A stretch of DNA of 62,458 nucleotides, counting the filler. It is 6 parts of 6 records of this genome, joined end to end, with 100 filler letters (N's around TTAATTAATTAA, not from the genome) between each part and the next. Parts side by side here need not be neighbours in the genome. Positions count along the whole stretch, not along the records: positions 52,156 to 62,458 come from SRR31147125_53388; 5 more parts are not named here. One strand, written 5' to 3'. Positions 54,435 to 62,458 of the stretch are shown here, piece after piece (the stretch's first letter is position 1; each line of letters starts with the position of its first letter). The notes beneath the pieces are model-generated. The model was not told where the DNA came from, ran no database searches, and saw only the letters and a program-made list of their open reading frames with translations. Position numbers and translations under genes: made by a program.

Positions 54435-56890
54435 GAATCCGGCCGTTAGAATACTGGAAGGACCGGGTCAAGTCCCTGAAGATCTCCCTTTCGGCAGCAC
54501 CGTTTTATGCATCGCTGCTGGTCATCCTCGCACTGGCGATTTTCATCGGTATTTTCTGGGCCATCAATGAATATCAGGCCTATCAGGAAAGCATCGAAAA
54601 TATCAAGACCACCTACAACCGGCAATACCAGGACCGGGTCAGAGAAGAGCTCGACAACGTGGTCGATTTCATTAATTTCACCCGTGATCAGGCCAACCTC
54701 GCCGCAGAAGAAGAGATCCGCGAACGCGTGCAGTCCGCCTACACCATCATTTCCCATATGTACTCGATGTACAAGGACGACCGTACAGTGGAAACGATAC
54801 GATCCATGGCCGTGGAGGTACTCAGACCGATACGCTGGTACGGCGGGCGCGGATACTATTTCGCCGGCGAAACCTTGTCCGGCCGGATTGATCTGTTCGC
54901 TGACGAACCCTACTTCGAAGGTATAACAGAACTCTCCACCCCGTCTGCCAACAAAGACGTGGTTCAGGACATGGTGGATATCGTCCGCCAGAAAGGGGCG
55001 GGAATTTACCGGTACAACCTGGTGAAACCCGCGTTTCCCGACCAGGTGTACTCCAAAATATGTTTCGTGAAATATTTCGAACCGTTCGACTGGTTTATCG
55101 GTGCAGGGATCTACAACAACGACATGGAGAGTATGAACCAGGCGGATGCACTTGCCCGTATTGACCAGATGAAATTCGGGCAGGGAGGCGAAGTATTCAT
55201 ATTCAAGGTTGACGGGACCATTATCTCCCACGGCAACAAACAATTGATCGGTCGTTCGATACGAAGCGTGACCGGGGAAGACAACTCCCCGGTGGGAGAA
55301 CAGCTCTTCCAGGCCGGCACCGGTGACAAAAAGCAGGGATTTGTCATCTACAAGGAGCCGCCCTCCGGTACCGATCCGGGCCAGCAGAAGCTCTGTTTCA
55401 TCGAGACTTATGAAGACTGGGACTGGGTTATCGGCACGTCGATTTCGATGAGCCAGATGGAGCAGTTGATCGTCAGTGCAACAGAAACATATCGCCGCAT
55501 CTCATTCAAAAACGTCTCCACCTTCATATTCCTGTTCATTCTCGCGGTGTCGCTGCTGCTCTTTGTGGCTTATTTCTATTCGACCAAGATCAAGCAGGGG
55601 TTCAGCTTCTTCACCGATTTCTTTCGACGTGCGGCCAACGAAAAAGTCAAAATAGACCACCTTGACCTCGCGTTCAGCGAATTCGAGGATCTCGCTGTCC
55701 TCGCGAATCATATGGTTGATGACCGCATCCAGAAGGAAATTCTGCTGCGGCGGGACGAGTTGCGCCTCGACACCCTGCTCGAACTCGGCCTGATGGAGGA
55801 CTATTCGCTCAAAGAAAAGTACAGGTTCACACTCAGCAGGATCATTCAGATAACCCGTTCCGAACAGGGGTACCTCGCCCTGGTCAACAAGCCGCAACGG
55901 CATGTGACCATCGTCTCCCACCAGGTCGCCGACGGTTCGCGGGTGCACTACCCGAACAAGCGGAGACTCTCGAGCAGCGTGGACCACGCCGGCCTCGCAG
56001 GACAGGCGGTTCTCTCCCGGGAGGCTGTCATCTGCAACGCCTGTGACAAGAAAGACACGACAGATCGCTATCCATATCAAGGAGCTATCACCCGCCATCT
56101 CGACGTGCCGATATACAACAGTGGGGTGATCGTCCTGGTTGCCGGGGTCTGCAACAACGCCAGCGAGTACGACCAGGCGGACGTCCGCCAGATGACCATG
56201 GTGCTGGAAGGCATGTGGCTGCACATCCTGAAAACCAGGTCGGAGAAGAAGATGGGCAGGCTCGAACGGCAGATAATCGCGGTCAGGGAGGCGGAACGAT
56301 CGAACATCGGCCGCATCCTGCACGATGACCTGGGATCGCACCTGAGCGGCATCGAGTTGCTGAGCAAGGCCCTGAAAAGAAATCTCGAAAAAGAGCACCC
56401 GAAACGGGCAGAACAACTCGAGTCAATCAGGGAACTGATCGTCGACGCGACCGAAAAAACACGGCGGCTCGCCCGCGGGCTCTACCCCGTACATATTATC
56501 GAAAACGGCCTGGAAGCAGCGATCGAGGAACTGGCGGTCGAAATCGAAACCCTGTCCGGCATTACCTGTGAGCTGTCCCTGAACGGGAGAGCCGAGTATC
56601 TTGACAACAACATCGCCACCCATGTGTATTATATTATCCGGGAAGCCGTCTTCAACGCTGCCCGGCACGGCAGGCCGGATCACATCGGCATCACCCTCTC
56701 CAGCAAGAACGACGCGCTGTCGGTAAAGGTAATTGACAACGGCTCCGGCTTTGATACCCTGTCCACGAGAAAAGGAATGGGGCTGCATACGATGGAATAC
56801 CGAGCCAAGGCAATCGGAGCGAACCTGAGTGTTGAGTCGAAAGATCGCTCGGGAACCACAATCTCTGTTTCGCGTGACAAAATAATCTGA
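54431..56890 (+). CDS. sensor histidine kinase: TM, tandem Cache, TM, GAF, HisKA_3/HATPase
   Basis: Two Cache_2-like units (GYYF...FEPFDWFIGAG; EVFIF...YEDWDWVIGT), H-box ILHDDLGS, EAVFNAARH, DNGSG, GMGL. Confidence 0.9.
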   Translation: MRIRPLEYWKDRVKSLKISLSAAPFYASLLVILALAIFIGIFWAINEYQAYQESIENIKTTYNRQYQDRVREELDNVVDFINFTRDQANLAAEEEIRERVQSAYTIISHMYSMYKDDRTVETIRSMAVEVLRPIRWYGGRGYYFAGETLSGRIDLFADEPYFEGITELSTPSANKDVVQDMVDIVRQKGAGIYRYNLVKPAFPDQVYSKICFVKYFEPFDWFIGAGIYNNDMESMNQADALARIDQMKFGQGGEVFIFKVDGTIISHGNKQLIGRSIRSVTGEDNSPVGEQLFQAGTGDKKQGFVIYKEPPSGTDPGQQKLCFIETYEDWDWVIGTSISMSQMEQLIVSATETYRRISFKNVSTFIFLFILAVSLLLFVAYFYSTKIKQGFSFFTDFFRRAANEKVKIDHLDLAFSEFEDLAVLANHMVDDRIQKEILLRRDELRLDTLLELGLMEDYSLKEKYRFTLSRIIQITRSEQGYLALVNKPQRHVTIVSHQVADGSRVHYPNKRRLSSSVDHAGLAGQAVLSREAVICNACDKKDTTDRYPYQGAITRHLDVPIYNSGVIVLVAGVCNNASEYDQADVRQMTMVLEGMWLHILKTRSEKKMGRLERQIIAVREAERSNIGRILHDDLGSHLSGIELLSKALKRNLEKEHPKRAEQLESIRELIVDATEKTRRLARGLYPVHIIENGLEAAIEELAVEIETLSGITCELSLNGRAEYLDNNIATHVYYIIREAVFNAARHGRPDHIGITLSSKNDALSVKVIDNGSGFDTLSTRKGMGLHTMEYRAKAIGANLSVESKDRSGTTISVSRDKII

Positions 56891-57552
56891 TGAAGAAAAT
56901 ACTGATAGTCGACGACCATCCCATCTTCCGGATGGGCATGCAGGAACTCCTGAACCAGGAGGAAGATCTGACGGTCTGCGGGGTCGCCGAGGATTTTGCC
57001 AGTGCCCGAAAATCTTTGACTGATCTGGATCCCGATCTGGCCATCATCGACATCTCACTCGCCGAGGAAAACGGTCTCGACCTGGTAAAGGAAATAATCA
57101 TCAACCACAGCGGACTTCCGGTACTCGTCTTATCGCTGCATGACGAATCTGTCTGGGCTGAACGTGCGATCCGAGCCGGCGCGCGGGGCTATGTGATGAA
57201 GAAGGAGGCATCGGAGTCGGTTATTTCGGCGATCAGGAACATCCTGAACGGTAAAATCCACGTGAGCGCCGACATGATGTCTCACCTGCTCGACAAATTT
57301 CAGGGCAACCCCGACGCCCAGGGGGCACCGACAGTGGATCTGCTCACCGACCGGGAACTCGAAGTCTTCCGGCTCATTGGATCCGGCCTGTCGACCAGGG
57401 AGATCGCCGAACGCATGAAGCTCGGGATCAAGACCATCGGCACATACCGCGACCGGATCAAACAAAAACTGTGCATCAAGAGCGCCTCTGAGTTGACCCG
57501 CCATGCAGTGCTGTGGAAGGAAAACGAGCACTTCGGTACGTTACCCGACTGA
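56890..57552 (+). CDS. NarL/LuxR family response regulator
   Basis: ILIVDDHP, IIDISL, GYVMK, LTDRELEVFRLIGSGLSTREIA. Confidence 0.95.
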   Translation: MKKILIVDDHPIFRMGMQELLNQEEDLTVCGVAEDFASARKSLTDLDPDLAIIDISLAEENGLDLVKEIIINHSGLPVLVLSLHDESVWAERAIRAGARGYVMKKEASESVISAIRNILNGKIHVSADMMSHLLDKFQGNPDAQGAPTVDLLTDRELEVFRLIGSGLSTREIAERMKLGIKTIGTYRDRIKQKLCIKSASELTRHAVLWKENEHFGTLPD

Positions 57553-57568
57553 TTTTTTCCCGCATATC

Positions 57569-57589
57569 TCGTAGGGTTCAACCCTACGA
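57569..57589. promoter_or_regulatory. palindromic site upstream of the fdh operon (candidate response-regulator box)
   Basis: TCGTAGGGTT-C-AACCCTACGA perfect inverted repeat, with more CCTAC half-sites near 57606 and 57629. Confidence 0.5.
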
Positions 57590-57800
57590 TTCGTGCTACC
57601 GAAAACCTACACGCATTCCCCTCCCTGCCCTACACAACAAAAGGGCTTCATCCGCTTTTCTTCACGTGCCGCATCTTCTAGACTGATCAGGGTAAACTTG
57701 GTACGTGTCCGTACTTCCGGACACTCGTATTTACGCCTGTCGTGCTGGATTGTGCGGGACGGGCAAACCTCATTTTAAACCCCTTAGAGGAGGGCCGATG

Positions 57801-57992
57801 ATGGAGAACGATAAAAAGGAAAGACGTTCGTTTCTGAAGCACATCCTTGCCGGAACCGCAGCGGTGGCAGCCACCAGTGCGGCGATCAAACCGGCAAGGG
57901 CGGGAACTTCGCAAACAATGAATCAAGACAACGAGGTTCTGTACACGGAAAGTGAGGCGTTCAAGAAGTACTACAAGTCGCTTCGTTCCTGA
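57801..57992 (+). CDS. small twin-arginine FDH-associated protein
   Basis: ERRSFLK motif, C-terminal VLYTESEAFKKYYKSL, GAGGAGG RBS; directly upstream of fdhA. Confidence 0.75.
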   Translation: MENDKKERRSFLKHILAGTAAVAATSAAIKPARAGTSQTMNQDNEVLYTESEAFKKYYKSLRS

Positions 57993-58033
57993 TCGACATT
58001 GACCGGTAAAGCTTCAGATAAGGAGGCATAAGA

Positions 58034-60832
58034 ATGGCCATTAGCAAAAACAGAAAGCCCTCTCCGGGGAAATCGGTTTCCAGCGGCCGACGGGTTACCC
58101 TGAACCCGAAGGTTGCCAGAAGATCGTTTCTCAAACTGTCGGCTGCTACCGCGGCGCTGTCCGGTGCGGCAATGACAACCAAACTGACCGGCAAAGCGGT
58201 TGCCGCAGAGAAGACAGAAGCATACAGCGGATCAAAAACGGTCCGGACGATCTGCACCTATTGTGCGGTCGGCTGCGGCATCGAAGCCGAAGTTCAAAAC
58301 GGCGTGTGGGTACGCCAGGAAGTTGCCGAAGACCATCCGGTATCACGCGGCGCACACTGCTGTAAGGGTGCCGGTGCGATCGATATGGTCATCAGCGAAA
58401 AGCGGATGAAGAATCCGATGAAACGCGTCAACGGCAAATGGACCAACATCAGCTGGGACCAGGCGATCGACGAAATCTCCACCAAGCTGAGTGACATTCG
58501 CGAGAAAGACGGTCCGGATGCGCTGCACATAAACGGCAGTGCCAAGGTCTCCACCGAGATGGCGTATCTGCAGAGGAAATTTGCTGCCTTCTGGGGGTCG
58601 AACAACATCGACCACCAGGCCCGAATCTGACACTCCACAACGGTGGCAGGTGTCGCCAATACTTGGGGTTACGGAGCAATGACCAACAGTCTCAATGACA
58701 TGAGACATACGAAATCAATGATTTTCATCGGGTCCAACGCGACCGAGGCACATCCGGTTTCCATGCAGCATATCCTGCATGCGAAAGAGGTGAACAACGC
58801 CCCGATCATCGTCGTCGATCCGCGCTTCACGAAACTGGCTGCAAAAGCAACCGAATTTGTCCGCATCAGACCGGGCTCGGATGCTGCATTCATGCTCGGG
58901 CTGACCAACGAGATTATCGCTAACGGCTGGGAAGACAAAGAGTTCATCCGCACCCGTGTTTCCGGTTATCAGGAAATGGTTGATGTGGTCAAGCACTACA
59001 CACCGGAAGTTGTCGAAGACATCACCGGTATCCCGGCAGAGCAGACCCGGCGGGTCGCCAAGACCCTGGCCCAGAACCGACCGACTTCACTGACCTGGTG
59101 CATGGGCGGTACCCAGCATCACATCGGATCTTCCATTACCCGTACCTTCTGCATCCTGCAGCTGGTTCTCGGCAACATGGGTAAATCCGGCGGCGGAACC
59201 AACATCTTCCGCGGCCACGACAACGTCCAGGGCGCCACCGACATGTGCGTACTGGCGGACAGCCTGCCCGGATATTATGGACTTTCCGAGGGCTCCTGGA
59301 AGCACTGGTGCCGTGTATGGGACGTGGACTTCGATTATATCGCCGGCAGATTCCCCGCAAAGGAATGGATGGGCAAGAAAGGCTTCTCTCTGGCCCGCTG
59401 GTACGAAGGCGTTCTGCAGGAAGAAGAGATCGAAAGCCCGAGTCCGATCAAGGCAATGTTCCAGTGGGGCTGCGGATCAAACTCCAACTCTCAGTACAAC
59501 CGAGTTGTCAAGGCCTACAACAAATTGGATCTGCTCGTTATCGTCGATCCGTTCCCGACCATGGCCGCAGCAGCCACAAAGACGGACAACGTCTACATCC
59601 TGCCGAGTTCCAGCCAGTATGAGACCGCCGGTTCAGTAACGTCGACCTCACGTCAGATCCAGTGGCGCTACAAGGTCGTCGATCCGGTCTATGACTCGAA
59701 GGACGATTACGAGATCATGTCGCTGTTCGTGAACAAACTCGGCTTTGCCGATGAGTTCTACAAGAATATCAAGGAAGTACCGGAAGACATCACGCGCGAA
59801 ATCAACAAGGGTATGTTGACCATCGGTTACAACGGTCAGACACCTGAGCGGATCAAGGCGCACATGGAGAACTGGCACACCTTCGATATCGAAGACCTGC
59901 AGGCTAAAGGCGGCCCGTGCGACGGAGATTACTACGGAATGCCGTGGCCATGCTGGACCGACGAGCATCCGGGTACACCGATATTGTACGACACATCGAA
60001 GCCGGTAGCCGAGGGCGGTCTGCCGTTCAGGAATCGTTTCGGTCTCGAAAAGACCTACGATGCAAGCGGTCGCACAGAGAATCAGCTGGCTGCGGAAGGC
60101 GTATACAACCCCGGTTCGGAAGTCAAGGGCGGATATCCGGAATTCAAGGATGTCGTTCCCGGAACCAACTGGAAGACCGACCTTACCCAGGAAACGATCA
60201 AAACCGCAATCAAGCGCGGCATGGCCCCGTTCGGCAATGCCCGGGCCCGCTGCGTGGTCTGGAATTTCCCGGATCAGATTCCGATCCATCGCGAACCGCT
60301 GCATTCACCGCGGCCGGATCTGATCGAGAAATACCCGACCTACGAAAACGACAAGCCAAATCATTTCCGTGTAAACACCCGCTACAAAAGCGAACAGAAG
60401 CCGGAGCTGGTCAAGGATTATCCCTATGTCCTTACCACCGGTCGACAGGTCGAGCACATGGGCGGCGGCGCCGAGACCAGGAGTTCCAAGTACCTGGCCG
60501 AGCTGCAGCCTGAAATGTACGCGGAGATCAATCCGCGTCTGGCCAACAATCTCGGCATCCGCAAGAACGACAAGGTGATCATCGAGTCGCCTGAGGGCGC
60601 CAAGATCAAGGTCAAAGCCTTCATCACACCACGTGTTGACGAAAAAACCATATTCCTGCCTTACCACTTTGCCGGTACGCTGATGGGAGAATCTTTCGAG
60701 AAAGATTATCCGGAAGGACACGCTCCGTACGTTTCCGGTGATCCCGGCAACACCGTCACGAACTATGGTTATGACATCATCACACAGATTCAGGCCACCA
60801 AGGACGGTCTGTGTAAAGTGACCCGTGCGTAA
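58034..60832 (+). CDS. fdhA: formate dehydrogenase alpha subunit, selenocysteine-containing (UGA 58628-58630), Tat-exported
   Basis: Two in-frame ORFs joined at DHQARI-U-HSTTVAG; RRSFLK Tat motif; CTYCAVGC...C [4Fe-4S]; RGHDNVQG. Confidence 0.95.
58642..58657 (+). promoter_or_regulatory. bacterial SECIS hairpin
   Basis: GGUGGC-AGGU-GUCGCC begins 11 nt after the UGA, the same spacing and similar apical sequence as E. coli fdhF (GGUUGCAGGUCUGCACC). Confidence 0.8.
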
Positions 60833-60856
60833 GCGGTCGACTGAGGAGGAATACAA

Positions 60857-61444
60857 ATGGCACGAATGAGATTTCTATGCGACACCGAACGCTGCATCGA
60901 CTGCAGCGGGTGTGTAATTGCCTGTAAAGAAGGCAACCATGTACCGGTCGGCATCAACCGCCGCCGGGTTATCACGATGAAACAGGGCGAGCCGGGAGAG
61001 AAGTCGATCTCGATCGCCTGCATGCATTGTTCCGACGCTCCGTGCATCGCCGTTTGTCCGGTCGATGCGCTCTATCAACGGGATGACGGCATCGTCAACC
61101 TCAACAAGAAGACCTGCATCGGATGTGGCTACTGTTTCATGGCCTGCCCGTTCGGGGCTCCGCAATTCCCGAAAGGCAATGTTTTCGGAGCACGGGGTGC
61201 GATGGACAAATGCACCTATTGCGCCGGTGGACCGGAAGAAAACTTCAGCAAGGAAGAAAAGAAGCTCTACGGACAGAACCGTATCGCTGAAGGGAAGGTA
61301 CCGCTCTGCGCATCGATGTGCGCTACCAAGGCTCTTCTCGCCGGCGACGCGAGCGTTGTCGCCGACGTCTACCGCGAGCGTGTGTTCAATCGTGGTTCAG
61401 GAGTCAATGCCTGGGGCCAGAACGAGCCCTACAAGAAAGGCTGA
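60857..61444 (+). CDS. fdhB: formate dehydrogenase iron-sulfur beta subunit
   Basis: Four Cys clusters: CIDCSGCVIAC, CMHCSDAPCIAVC, CIGCGYCFMAC, CTYC...C..MC. Confidence 0.93.
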   Translation: MARMRFLCDTERCIDCSGCVIACKEGNHVPVGINRRRVITMKQGEPGEKSISIACMHCSDAPCIAVCPVDALYQRDDGIVNLNKKTCIGCGYCFMACPFGAPQFPKGNVFGARGAMDKCTYCAGGPEENFSKEEKKLYGQNRIAEGKVPLCASMCATKALLAGDASVVADVYRERVFNRGSGVNAWGQNEPYKKG

Positions 61445-61512
61445 AAATCATAACATCATCAGATCTGCAGCCGCGCTGACGTGCGGCTGCAGACCCTGTT
61501 GAGGAGAAACCT

Positions 61513-62400
61513 ATGCAAAGACTTATCGTGTCCGGGGTTCTGGTTATGGTTGTGTATGCAGTCGCCCTTGTAATCGGAACCGCAATTGCCGCCCCGTCGT
61601 CAATGCCTGGTGTAACGCAGTTTTTCACTCCCCAGATGTACGGGGAGCTGTATGGCGGAATCACCGGTGACTGGCAGCAATTCGGACAATTATTCACCCA
61701 ACTGCAGTCCGAGTGGTTCTGGAAAGTGTTTCTCGGAGTCATTACGGTTATCCCTGCAGTGTTTTTGCTTCACTATTTGATTATCGGGGCCAAATCGTTT
61801 TCCCATGACGGGCCTGAAATCCTGTTTTTCCCGGCGATTGCCAGGTTGATCCACTGGGTTGGCGCTACCGCCTTCACCCTGCTGGTCATAACCGGGCTGC
61901 TGATCGTCTTCGGTGCGTACCTTGGTGGTGGAGCACCGATCCGGCTGGCACGCCACATCCATATCATCTGCGCAATGATATTCGCCGCCGATGCGGTTTT
62001 CATGTTCCTGATCTGGGTCAAGGACATGCTGCCGGCGCCCTACGACATCAAGTGGATTTTCATCCTCGGCGGCTACCTAAGCAAGAAAAAGAAACCGGTA
62101 CCCGCAGGAAAATACAACGCCGGCCAGAAAGCCTGGTTCTGGTTCGCCACGGCCGGCGGCGGCGTGATGGCCTACACCGGATTCTACATCTGGGGCATGA
62201 ACGTCGATCTTGACACGGTGCGGCTCTACGCGATCATCCACAACGTGTTGGGAATGGCCGTCACTGCTCTGTTTCTGACCCACTGCTACATGTCCCTGTT
62301 CGCCATCAAGGGGTCGCTGCACTCCATGATCACCGGGTATAAGCCCAAGGAAGAAGTTGACATTCTGCACAGCAGATACAAGTACGATCTCAAGTCCTGA
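61513..62400 (+). CDS. fdhC: formate dehydrogenase cytochrome b (gamma) subunit
   Basis: Haem-ligand helices RLIHW, RHIH, IIHN, THCY; AGKYNAGQK.WFW. Confidence 0.92.
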   Translation: MQRLIVSGVLVMVVYAVALVIGTAIAAPSSMPGVTQFFTPQMYGELYGGITGDWQQFGQLFTQLQSEWFWKVFLGVITVIPAVFLLHYLIIGAKSFSHDGPEILFFPAIARLIHWVGATAFTLLVITGLLIVFGAYLGGGAPIRLARHIHIICAMIFAADAVFMFLIWVKDMLPAPYDIKWIFILGGYLSKKKKPVPAGKYNAGQKAWFWFATAGGGVMAYTGFYIWGMNVDLDTVRLYAIIHNVLGMAVTALFLTHCYMSLFAIKGSLHSMITGYKPKEEVDILHSRYKYDLKS

Positions 62401-62428
62401 GAAAGTGCTACAGCACCCGTATTACCTC

Positions 62429-62458
62429 AAAAGGGCGGAACGCGTTGGTTTCGCCCTT
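62429..62458 (+). terminator. probable terminator after the fdh operon (cut by the window end)
   Basis: AAGGGCGGAAC-loop-GTTTCGCCCTT hairpin. Confidence 0.55.

Overview
This window is not one locus. It is six unrelated metagenomic contigs joined by artificial N-run/TTAATTAATTAA spacers. (1) 1-23328: Desulfobacterota-like DNA with BMP and polar amino acid ABC genes, a CsgG-like lipoprotein, YrbL, a DnaJ-domain gene, ppk1, a butyrate/short-chain acyl-CoA beta-oxidation operon, and a lower-GC glucarate/galactarate island with two LacI operators; four single-base frameshifts look like sequencing errors. (2) 23429-28574: a eukaryotic gene fragment for a long coiled-coil protein with about 31 short introns, pyrimidine-rich at donor +4, two of them GC-AG. 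(3) 28675-34807: a deltaproteobacterial-like accessory region with gene remnants, an FMO-like oxidoreductase and a MetE-like fragment. (4) 34908-42156: AT-rich Bacillota-like DNA with a Tad/Flp pilus operon, including an unannotated 51-aa pilin, followed by an ORF-free, densely base-paired ~450-nt segment between two terminators. This candidate large structured ncRNA is the most intriguing item in the window. (5) 42257-52055: Desulfuromonadales-like housekeeping genes (ettA, Sel1, HIT, rlmKL, M16C peptidase, P-type ATPase). (6) 52156-62458: nfeD-stomatin, a binding protein/Cache kinase/NarL module, and a selenocysteine formate dehydrogenase operon. Taxonomic labels are impressions from composition and protein style; no database searches were run.
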